From Xylographa opegraphella (Eukaryota), in NCBI GenBank assembly GCA_022813865.1, contig JALDZX010000055.1, positions 116,871-136,870 of the forward strand: a stretch of DNA of 20,000 nucleotides, read 5' to 3'. Both the position numbers and the translations under genes were made by a program. Under the pieces are notes generated by a model. It had not been told where the DNA came from, did not search any database, and saw nothing but the letters and a program-made list of their open reading frames with translations. Shown piece by piece: positions 9,673 through 19,427 of this stretch. How positions within the stretch are numbered: the stretch's first letter is position 1; every line of letters starts with the position of its first letter.

Positions 9673-10773
9673 ATGTCCCAAAAGTGTGTTCACAAAGGCT
9701 GCGGCAAGAAGTTTGCCGATCCTGATGAGCCTTGCACCTATCATCCTGGACCACCTATCTTCCATGAGGGGCAGAAAGGTGTCTGCACTCCCTTTTTCAT
9801 TGTCAATACCGAGATGAGGCTGGCTAACGTTTTATGCTAGGCTGGCAATGCTGTAAACCACGCGTCTTGACGTTTGACGAATTCCTCACTATTCCACCAT
9901 GCACGACTGGAAAGCACTCCACGGAAGAAGAATCACCCCTGGATCCCGCAGCATCTTCTAATCAAGACGAACCTCCAAATCAAGCTCCGAAGCCCGTCGC
10001 TTCCCTTACTAGCGAGTCGCCAGCTGCCCGGACTCCACAATCTACGCCGCAGTCAGTACCCGAGCAAGCGCCGCCAGAACCTGAATCCGAAGAAGACGAT
10101 CCTTCGATACCAATCCCACCAAATACAACATGTAGGCGTCGAGGGTGTGGAGCTTCTTCATCAGTTTCAACTGCCTCGTCCCGTGAAGGTGAACAATGTG
10201 TTTTCCATCCCGGTCATCCTATTTTCCACGAAGGAAGCAAAGGGTGGACATGTTGCAAGAGGAGAGTTTTAGAATTTGATGAATTCTTGCGAATTGAGGG
10301 TTGCGAGAAGAGAGAACAGCATAAATTCGTTGGGAATGGCAAGAAAAGGAAAGCTGTCAATGGAGGCGGAGAAGAGAGAGTGGAGAATGTGAAGTACGCC
10401 AGTATCGCTCACCTATCTTAGGAAGGGACTAGCTGACGATTTGTCCTTTGTTACCAGACATGATTTCTATCAAACATCTACTACGGTTCATGCATCTCTG
10501 TATCTCAAGAAGATTTCCAAGGCAAACGCCAAAATATCTTTCTCCTCCCCAACGACAATTGAACTCGATCTTCCGACCACTGATAGCAAAAGATACAAAT
10601 CTTCTGTTCCTCTTTACGCGCCGATTAACACAGAAAAGTCGGCGTGGAAAATAATGGGCACGAAAATGGAGCTGACCCTGGTGAAAGCGGATGGTCAGAG
10701 CTGGCCGGTACTACGCGCAGACGAACGGAGAACTGGCGAGATAATCCAGGTAGGGAAAGCAGGGCAGGCGTAA
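9673..10773 (+). CDS. chpA: CHORD-CHORD-CS domain Hsp90 co-chaperone (Chp1/Rar1/morgana family, ~324 aa)
   Basis: Exons 9673-9778, 9841-10393, 10458-10773. Two CHORD repeats (CVHKGCG...[20 protein letters not shown]...C..GKH; CRRRGCG...CVFHPGHPIFHEGSKGWTCC...GC..H) and a CS domain (HDFYQT...GTKMELTLVKADGQSW). Confidence 0.95.
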
Positions 10774-11465
10774 CACCGGTCGCAAGATAGGAGGAGTATG
10801 TGATTGATGCAAGCCCGTCACGATATCAGGCCGAGGATATGAGAACAAACAGAAATATAATGAATAGATTCGACTAAGATACCTGTTACCTCATCTGATT
10901 AATAGACCATAGTCAAGCACTATTTGAAAGATAATCTTTTACTACAACATGCTCTCAGTATAGACACCCCTGCCCTTTAATTCATACGTTGAGATTGCTT
11001 TGATAGACAGCTTGCTTGACCACTTCACTGATTATATCAACAACTTTGATGTATCCGAATGGCGGTATAGGCGTTCAACGCACACTACTTATCAAGGAGG
11101 AAGACTGCATCGGAGCCGATTGCCTATAAGTCTGAAATATTGAGTACTGGGGCTCGCGTCTAGTTAAGAGAACGAAGCCAGTTGATCAGTGTAAATTTGT
11201 GGAATAATTTCTTGGCGGCCGCGACTGTCAAGTTTGCTATTGATCAGATTGCCGGTTGCTCAATGCCTGCAGCCAGCCGCACATGTGGAGAGCAAGCATG
11301 ATCTGAGCTCTCCAGGGGACGACTGCAATGCACGTATGTGTTGTCATTCGTGTCAATTACACTTACATTTTCAGTCTTATCTCCCAGTCCTCAACCTCAA
11401 GTTTTGAAATTTTGGGTCTGTAGAGCCGTTGCGCATCTTGTCTCATTGTTAAAATCATTTTGGAG

Positions 11466-12503
11466 ATGTCTTTGGACTGGGGGCTTGGCCGTTCAGCCTC
11501 GGAGAATGCTCTAGGCCAGGATGTCGTCGGTATGCCCATCTCCTACGATAAGTCAGTCCCGTGCTATTCAGCCATCTGATCCATCTAGCTTACCACATAT
11601 GACGAGGAAGGATCGTTAGCAGCCCAATCTTTACGTTCTTTATCGGCAAGCAACACCCGCCAACGACGATTCATACTGCGCTGGTAGCGGAACAATCTCC
11701 AGCCTTAGGGAATCTTGTCACTGGTATCATGGAGGAAGGTCAAACGGGCCGTGTCACCTTTGACGATGTGGATGAGGATACTTTTGCTCGTTTTGCACAG
11801 TTCGTGTACATGGGAGATTATGCGCCCGCCGCTCACGTGCTTGCTCGAACCGGAGATACCCGCTGTATCAGAGCCGCAGCCTGATACGTCCGAGCGTTTA
11901 GAAGTTGAAAGTCCTCCTCCGGAAACAATAAGGGAAATTGACAATGAGGAACTTGTTTACGAAGCAGTTCCTCCTGACGAAGAGTCGTGGGGCAAGTTCC
12001 GATCAAAGTCCAAGAAAGAAAAGAAAATTGGGATGAAAATGGCTAAGGCAAAGAGTGCTCAACGTCGTTCTTTCCGCGATCTCGATTAGCCTTTGCCAGC
12101 TTCCTCAACTCGTCTTAAGGAGACATGTGTCGTACGAGCGAATTCTTGCGCATTGGAGGATTATACACCCGTCTTCCTTGGGCACACCCATCTTTATGCC
12201 TTTGCCGATAAGTACGGTATAGAATCACTCAAGTCGACCGTACTTAACAAGCTATATGAGATCTTACGGCGATTCAAACCTTATGAAGCTCGCTATGGCG
12301 ATCTTCTGGAGCTACTTCGAGATACCTACGACAACACGCCGACTCGGACACCATTGGATCCCTTACGAGAGCTGGTAACGCAGTAAATTGCCTCTGAGGT
12401 GAAGCCAGTGATTGATACGAAGCAATGTTTGTCTCTTGTCGAAGAAGGTGGGCAACTCGCTCGGGATCTGTTTGTCATGTTACTCGAATAATTGCCTACT
12501 TGA
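11466..12503 (+). pseudogene. Disrupted BTB/POZ-domain protein gene
   Basis: ATG 11466, intron 11552-11610, BTB-like SPIFTFFIG...IHTALVAEQSPAL...MEEGQTGRVTFDDVDEDTFARFAQFVYMGDY. One-base frameshift near 11840; in-frame stops TAG 12087, TAA 12384, TAA 12489. The downstream part keeps fungal BTB-protein motifs (VFLGHTHLYAFADKYGIESLK, PLRELV, LVEEGGQLARDL). Confidence 0.85.
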
Positions 12504-12529
12504 GAACGCAGCGCGCCGGTGATGCTTGC

Positions 12530-12591
12530 AGACCATGGTATCGCTTGTCAGAACAAATATAGACCATGGTATCGCTTGTCAGAACATATAC
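12530..12591 (+). repeat. 31-bp tandem duplication
   Basis: AGACCATGGTATCGCTTGTCAGAACAAATAT followed by AGACCATGGTATCGCTTGTCAGAACATATAC (29/31 identical, first 26 nt perfect). Confidence 0.95.
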
Positions 12592-13569
12592 CTGAGATAG
12601 TGATTTCCGCTCCTCTGTCGGTTCCATGTGATCGCATTCATGATGGTATCATATAGTATCCTGGTTTAATACCCGCACATACTAGTACAAGAGTGAAGAC
12701 AATCCATCGAAGCTTTCCTCCCTCGTTTATTATTTCTCCATATCCCCTTGCACTTTATCACAGTTTCCTCCTTGGTGCGTCCGTTCCGATCCGTTCGCGC
12801 TCCGGTGTTTGACAAGCTAGCAACGGGCCGTTCCTTGGCCCGCTCAGTGGCGGATCTCTAACCTTATTCAGACGACCGCCGATTTGTCGCCCGGGCCAAG
12901 ACTTTCTCTCTCCTCCTTCCCCTTTGCTCCGTTGATATCAAGAGTGGCGCTTCGAGACATCCAACGGCTTTCCCTCCTGCTTCCATGCAGATTGCGCCGC
13001 TTCTAATCGCGTTGATTGGCTCGGACCGCTCAGGTCTAGAACATCGAAATACTTCGGTACGGTAGCTTGGTGACATGCGTGGTACCTGCCGTGGGTACCT
13101 TAGGTTGCACTCGTGAATGTGCTAGGTCGAGGGGTGAATTCTGATTAAGCCGCGATGCTTTGTCGTGGCCATTCTACCGTCATAGAGCACGACGTCTAAG
13201 AAAATATTAGACAGCAGTCGTCAGCATGCGCAATCTGATGTCAAGGCACCATCTGGGTAAGGCACAGTGGATGATCAACACTTCTGCAAGGGCGCGGACA
13301 GACACTCGTGCTAGCTTCAGCGAACCTCCGAACGGTGCACCTAACTAGTCTGCACCTTATCAATGGTATCTCAAAGCTCCGCGATGTCCTTCTGATTTGC
13401 CGCTCTGTATTTCGGGATGAGGCCGTATACGGCATCTGATTGTCATTATGTCGGTCACGAGTCACCGAGAGCCTTAATCGAATCAGTTCTGGCTCTTCTC
13501 ACTTAAAACATTGGATCTCTCCTCATTTCTCCGTCGTCGGCGTCTGCAAAGCTACTTTCCTCGTTCAAA

Positions 13570-15259
13570 ATGTGGTCTCAATCGATTCTTTATGCTGGGC
13601 TTGCCATTTGCGGTACCATCGCTCTTGCGTTGCCCCACTCGGCCTCCAAGGACAAACGGTCCTTCGTCGAACGCGATGGCGTTACCTATACTGTATTCGA
13701 GCATGCTGATACCGGAGCAAAACTGGAGTTCGTCACGAACTCCGGCATCTGTGAAACCACCCCAGGTGTCAACCAATACTCCGGATATCTTTCCGTGGGC
13801 ACAAACATGAGTGAATAATTTCTTTAACAAATGCTTCCTATAATGCGACTGACATGAAATCAGATATGTGGTTTTGGTTCTTCGAGTCTCGAAACAGTCC
13901 TACCACCGCGCCACTCGCGCTTTGGTTGAATGGCGGTCCGGGGTGCTCGAGCATGATTGGCCTTTTCCAAGAGAACGGCCCGTGCCACTTCGTCAACGGC
14001 GCTTCAACTCCATCCCTGAATCCCTACAGCTTTAACGAGTACGCGAATATGCTATATGTGGATCAGCCGATTGGCACCGGCTTCTCCTATGGCACCGATG
14101 ATGCTACCGGAACGGTATCCGCAGCGCCGTATGTCTGGACTTTACTCCAAGCTTTTTACACCCAATTCCCAACCTACGAATCGCGCCAATTTGGACTCTT
14201 TACGGAGTCTTACGGAGGACATTATGGTCCCGAGTTTGCCCATTATTTCCAAACCCAGAACGCCGCAATCAAGGCCGGCACGGTCAAAGGCGACAACATT
14301 GACCTTATTGCTCTCGGAATCAACAATGGATGGTATGATCCGATAATACAATACAAGGCATATGTGGATTACAGCTACAACAATAGCTACAAGCCACTTA
14401 TAACCGCCGCCCAACACACCTCTTATACAAACACTTATACCAATAATTGTCTCCCTCTGCTGAAGCAATGCTCGTCTGTCACAGGCGAGAACTCCGCCTG
14501 CGAGAATGCCGAAAATACCTGCTACAATGATATCGAAGGCCCGCTCACTCAAGTTGCGAACTTTGACGTCTACGATATTCGGGAGCCAAGCAATGATCCA
14601 TATCCACCGGAGACTTACGTCACATATCTACAGAGTGCAACTGTTACGAAAGCGATTGGAGCAAAGGCAACCTATACAGAGTGTCCAAATGCGCCATACA
14701 ACAAGTTCGCTGCTACTGGAGATGGTATGTGGTGCTTTCATGCTTGGATCATGCAATTATCCTCTCCTTGTCACCGTTGTAAATATTGCGGTGATCCAGG
14801 CCCTAACCCTCTCAATGGCTGCTGTTTGCATATTTGTGTAGATTTGTGTACGACGAAACTAACAAACTTTCCAGACTCTCGATCATTCCTCTCCACCCTA
14901 TCAAACGTTGTCGATACTGGTCTCACAACCCTCATTTGGGCTGGAGACGCCGACTGGATCTGTAATTGGTTTGGTGGTCTCAACTCCGCCAACGCGATCA
15001 CCTACTCTGGACAGTCTGCCTTCGCCGCTGCGCCGCTAAAGAGCTACACTGTTAGTGGAACCCAGACAGGAACTTTCAAAAGTGTTGGGAACCTGAGCTT
15101 CTTGAGGGTATTTGCAGCTGGTCATGAAGTACCTTATTACCGTAAGTACATTCGCTGCTCCGTACAGACGAGCAGATATCCTAACATGGCACAGAACCGG
15201 CCACTGCCCTTCAAGTATTCAAACAGACAATGTCGCAGACGCCGATCTCGTCGACGTAG
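13570..15259 (+). CDS. Secreted serine carboxypeptidase, family S10 (carboxypeptidase S1-like, ~477 aa)
   Basis: Exons 13570-13810, 13864-14724, 14875-15141, 15195-15259 (1434 nt). Signal peptide plus KR; CETTPGVNQYSGY, WLNGGPGCSS, DQPIGTGFSY; catalytic TESYGG (Ser), GDADWICN (Asp), AGHEVP (His). Confidence 0.96.
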
Positions 15260-16060
15260 CAATGGCCAGTGCGATTGGAGCGATTGGAGTACGACGAGTG
15301 ACATGAGGTGACGAAGCAGGATATGCAGTTTGACGAGCACATGAATAGGAGCTACCACACCCTTATATCCTTACTCTTCTTCACCCAGTGTCATTTATAA
15401 TGTAGAACCCATATTGACTAATGACATAACACTGCAAAGATACCATGCCGAACCAGGCACATGAAGAGTAGCCTCTGTATGTCGTGAAGTAGTCAAGGCC
15501 AAGAGGCCGAATATCTGCCAGGATTAAAAAGCCCCCTTTCTGTCATTCAATCACTTCCTGCCAACCGCAACAACCTCTCCCGTTCCAACATGGCCTCGTG
15601 CACGGGATGAAGGTCTCTGCGAATTCCCATTGCGCAATCAAAAAGAAGATCTTGTTTGAGGCAGTCGAAGACCCTTAGGGCATTGCGTGGATATGAATCA
15701 CTTTAATATGGTTTCGGGAAACAACAGGGGAGTTGTTCGATGGCAAGTTCGCTGTCCTGTCAGACGCTACGTCTTCCTAGTACAGTACGACCAAAAAAAT
15801 GATAACAGAGTCCGAGCGATTCATTCCTGTTCAGTGTACATACAAGAAAGTTGATAACCTGTTCTATGTAACTACCGGACTCTGGGGAGGTCAATGCTAG
15901 TAACCGTGATGAAATAACAGCCTGCACAAGCTGATGCCCTGACCTTTCCAATCCTCCGTGGCCCTCCATGATCAATATTCAACGCCAGTGCTCCTGCTGT
16001 TCGGCTCAACTTACTGATGCCGTCCTGCGCATGAGAAGGACCGCATGCTTCTCCCGCTAT

Positions 16061-17443
16061 CTAGTAGTCATACTCGTCGTAGCCATAAGCTTCACGGGCA
16101 TAAAGACCATCCTCGAAATAGAAATCAGCTTCAGCTTCAGCATCAGCCTCTGCCTCGGCTTCTGGGTATGCCTCCCTAGCATAAAGAGACATCCACTCTT
16201 CGTATTCAGGTTCAGCATCACGCTCCTCGAAGTAAAGCTCCTCTGGGAATGCATCCCTTGCCTCTATCCAGCGACGGGGAATAGGCGGCAGCTGTGCAGA
16301 CATCTGCATGCCACCGCCAGCACCGCCATTGCCCATGTTCGCGCCCCCATTGCCACCCTTGACATTGCCGCCGTTTTGGGCGGTGGAGCTTGACATGTTG
16401 ATGATTTGGCCGTTGCCCTTGAGGTTGGTCTTGCTTATAGTGTTCTTGTTCTTAGAGGTGTTGCCACCAGAGGATTTGCTGTTTCCTCCGGATGCTCCGC
16501 CACCGTCCAGGAACGCTTCGCGCTCGAGGATAAGAGTCTCCAGCTCCGCCTCACGCTCTTGGATCTCGAGGTTGCGAGCTGCAAGCGATCGCTTCCTTGG
16601 GATTGGAGGTAGCCCGACAGACATCCCGAGCTCCCCACCAGCACCTCCAGAGCCCATGTTTGCACCTCCTTTCCCACCTTGAACATTGCCACCCTTTTGG
16701 CTGGTCGCACTCGACATATTAATGATTTGACCATTACCAGAAAGGTTGGTCTTGTTAATCTTGTTGTTGTTCGAGGAGGTATTACCACCTTTGGCGCTGG
16801 AAGAGCCACCCTTTGCTGCACCGCCATTGAGGAAGGCTTCGCGCTCGAAGATGAGGGCTTCGATCTCAGCTTCAGCCTCGGCGTCGGCTTCAGCATCCCG
16901 CTCGTAAAGCAAGTCATCGACATCCCGCATCTCCAAATAATTAGTGTTGTAGAGTGATCGTTTGCCCTTGCCCTTCTTGCCGCCAGTTGAGGTGGCTGTA
17001 GCGGTATTTCCCCCATTGATGGCTGTGGTGCTTTGCATGTTGAAGTTTGAATTACTACCGAAAGTGTCGCCATTGAGCTGATAACTGTTTGCAACCTGGT
17101 TGCCACCACTAGCAGAGTTAGAAGAATGCTTCGGGTAAGCTGCGCGTTCGATGATGTGCTCCCCGCTTGCATCCCGGACGTAAATGCCCCAATTCTCTGC
17201 GTCCCGCGCATAAAGTCCCCGCTTACCTCCCTTCTTGGGGACTCCTTTCGTCGCCGGGGCGGGTGATTGAGTAACCGTGGTGCCGAGATTCAGAACATCG
17301 TTGGCGCCGAATTGGTCTTTACTAAATTTATAAGTCGTGTCGACAGTGGTACCTCCATTGGAAGAAGAAGACTTCTTGGCGTATGCCTCAGCGCCAAGGG
17401 TAAGACCAAGAATCACGGCGGAAGCGGTCGCGACAGTTTTCAT
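16061..17443 (-). CDS. Secreted Kex2-processed repeat protein (KEP) precursor, 460 aa, releasing four Gly/Asn/Ser/Lys-rich peptides
   Basis: Intronless ORF with signal peptide; KR/RKR/RR sites at aa 74-75, 161-162, 283-285, 390-391. Many hydrophobic-x-x-R sites (LYAR, IYVR, IIER, LYER, IFER, ILER, IEAR) are followed by EA/DA/YP/FP dipeptides. Internal 107-aa duplication. Confidence 0.85.
   Translation of the reverse strand: MKTVATASAVILGLTLGAEAYAKKSSSSNGGTTVDTTYKFSKDQFGANDVLNLGTTVTQSPAPATKGVPKKGGKRGLYARDAENWGIYVRDASGEHIIERAAYPKHSSNSASGGNQVANSYQLNGDTFGSNSNFNMQSTTAINGGNTATATSTGGKKGKGKRSLYNTNYLEMRDVDDLLYERDAEADAEAEAEIEALIFEREAFLNGGAAKGGSSSAKGGNTSSNNNKINKTNLSGNGQIINMSSATSQKGGNVQGGKGGANMGSGGAGGELGMSVGLPPIPRKRSLAARNLEIQEREAELETLILEREAFLDGGGASGGNSKSSGGNTSKNKNTISKTNLKGNGQIINMSSSTAQNGGNVKGGNGGANMGNGGAGGGMQMSAQLPPIPRRWIEARDAFPEELYFEERDAEPEYEEWMSLYAREAYPEAEAEADAEAEADFYFEDGLYAREAYGYDEYDY
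16274..16834 (-). repeat. Intragenic tandem duplication (321-nt period) encoding two 80-aa peptides
   Basis: aa 204-283 (16834-16595) and aa 311-390 (16513-16274) align without gaps; 57/80 residues identical by hand count. Confidence 0.95.
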
Positions 17444-19427
17444 TGTGAATATTCAACTGTAAAATCAATATTGAATAAAATTCGAAAAAGAGCCTGGAGA
17501 TCAACTCGTGAAATGCTCGTAGATAATAAAGGTATATCTCGTCAAGAGATTAAAGAGATACAATGACAACAATGTGATGAATATGAGATCTAATAGTCCA
17601 CCTGAGGAAGTTCAAGGACTTGATATACAATCGACCGGAGAGCATTCCAACATATCTTTGTGGCACGATACCTTGAAGTGATATCGAACTCAACACTCCT
17701 TCCGGTGTTGGATATACAGCAGGGTGAGAGAATACAACATACTGAAACTTGGGGTCAAGAGGGAGGCAAAAGACCATCCACGATACCAACAAAGTGAATG
17801 TAATTTGCAAGTCACATTACCAATGGCTCGGGCGTATGTAGTAAAGCTTGAATCAAGCAGACGCTCGAAGGTGAGACGGCGGCGTGGGAGCTATAACGAC
17901 TTGCGATTAGATGGTCGTGAACGAGATTAAATTATTGATGCCCGCTGAGAATCTCGCTCCAGAAAGACCGCCCTTGAGTCGTGAAGAAAGTACAACGTTT
18001 GAGACAACCCATGTAGAACCGTTCAATCCAGGCCTTGTCAAATGGCGTCCAGGAGTTCAGGCTAGTGCCCCAGCTTCTGAAATCAAGCCTGGCTTGAGGA
18101 CCACCACGCCTTCCAAACCTTTCATCTTGTCTCATGTGGCCTGATATTGAAGTTGGGATATTGTTCACGTTGGCCTTGAGAGCCCCAGCCGAGGTTTGTG
18201 CTATTCTAGCATACTCGTAACCAACGCACCTGGGCGGCGGCGGCTGTTGTTGAAAACTATCGGCAAAATGTTATCGTGGAGAGCCCGTTCGAAGGCGAGC
18301 GTGGCACAGATGCCAAGTAGCGTCCTAGTCCATCACTGCTGTTGATTGTAGCAGACAACGAACCCGTTCGCGATAGCATGCACTATACACAATCTACCGC
18401 TGTCACATTCGTTGAAGAACAATGTGGGAGGAAGGATGGGTCGGGGTTGCATGCGGTTGAACTGTGGCCTGCGGCTCGGCCGAACTCGAAGCTAATCCTA
18501 ATCCACGACACTTCTCGGGTCCAGCACTCTTGACAAAAGGCCGAATACGAACATTCACCGGCGCCGCAAGTGGTTATGCGGCGTCGATAACAGCGAGGCC
18601 TGGGTCACTGGCTAGGTATACTGAGCTTGCGTGATGCTTTTACTTGTTCAGCCTTAGGACCTAGCGGACGCCGTTGTTGGCGGGAGCGGGAGTGTTGCGT
18701 TTGACAGCTCATTCTGGATTCGTGTAAATGTGCTCAGCCTCCACCATGGCGCCCGGACTCAGCAGCAGGGATTCTCCAGCTTGTGCGCTCGTCCCACAGT
18801 TGGCAACCATCAAGTCCTGGAAAATACTGTTATCGACGGGGGTAGTGGTCTGCATGGAACGGTGCCTCTTCAGTCACGGACTGTCGTCTGACACACGACC
18901 CCTTACAGAAGAAAGCAGGATTGATCAGGGCCACCACTGCACAACTTGCATTGGCTTCCTTGCCCGACGTCTCTCAACGTCCCAGAGCTTCACCAACACA
19001 ACATTGCATTGCCACCCTAATGCACCCCTCTTGGGCCTTCTCGGAATTATTCAACGGGCAAACTGGGGTCTCGTCGATATCGAAGCAGCTGTTTCCAAGC
19101 TACCTCGGTCAAACACCAATATCAGTGGTGCTGTCTTGCATCGAACTCTTGGCTGGTTCCTGCCCCTGATGGTTCCTGCCCCTGTGAATCGACCAACAAT
19201 GGAATGAACCCGGAGGTAATGTCCCGTGCAACTGTTCCACAGGCACGTATATATATCACTGTACGGTCGCTGAAAGAAGCGATCGGTAAACATGGGAAAG
19301 TCTGGAAGACCCACAGCCTTCTTGCGCCGATGAGAATTAAGTTATCTTTTACGCTTATCAGTTTTCAGGTAAAATTCGTTTATTCCCCTACAAGCGTTGA
19401 TCGCTGTTTACAAAGCTTGTCTCCACC

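Noticed and set aside
12530..12591. CRISPR-like repeat or transposon terminus
   Set aside because: Only two adjacent copies with no spacer, in a eukaryote; no transposase, LTR or TIR partner visible. No tRNA, rRNA or mobile element was recognised anywhere in the window.
14725..14801. Possible nested (stwintron) structure GTAT|GTGGTG...CAG|GC
   Set aside because: The internal donor GTGGTG is non-consensus and no good branch site precedes the internal CAG.
13854..15311. 485-aa ORF taken as the whole carboxypeptidase
   Set aside because: It reads through intron 14725-14874 and into intron 15142-15194. The spliced model restores the signal peptide and the normal YYQP...C-terminus.
15907..16017. 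C/D-box snoRNA-like boxes (GTGATGA...CTGA)
   Set aside because: No terminal stem and no recognisable rRNA-complementary guide; lies antisense to a probable 3' UTR.
2009..17211. Long antisense or alternate-frame ORFs (2009-2581, 3319-3945, 8452-9063, 14142-14552, 16435-17211)
   Set aside because: Shadows of real genes caused by codon bias.
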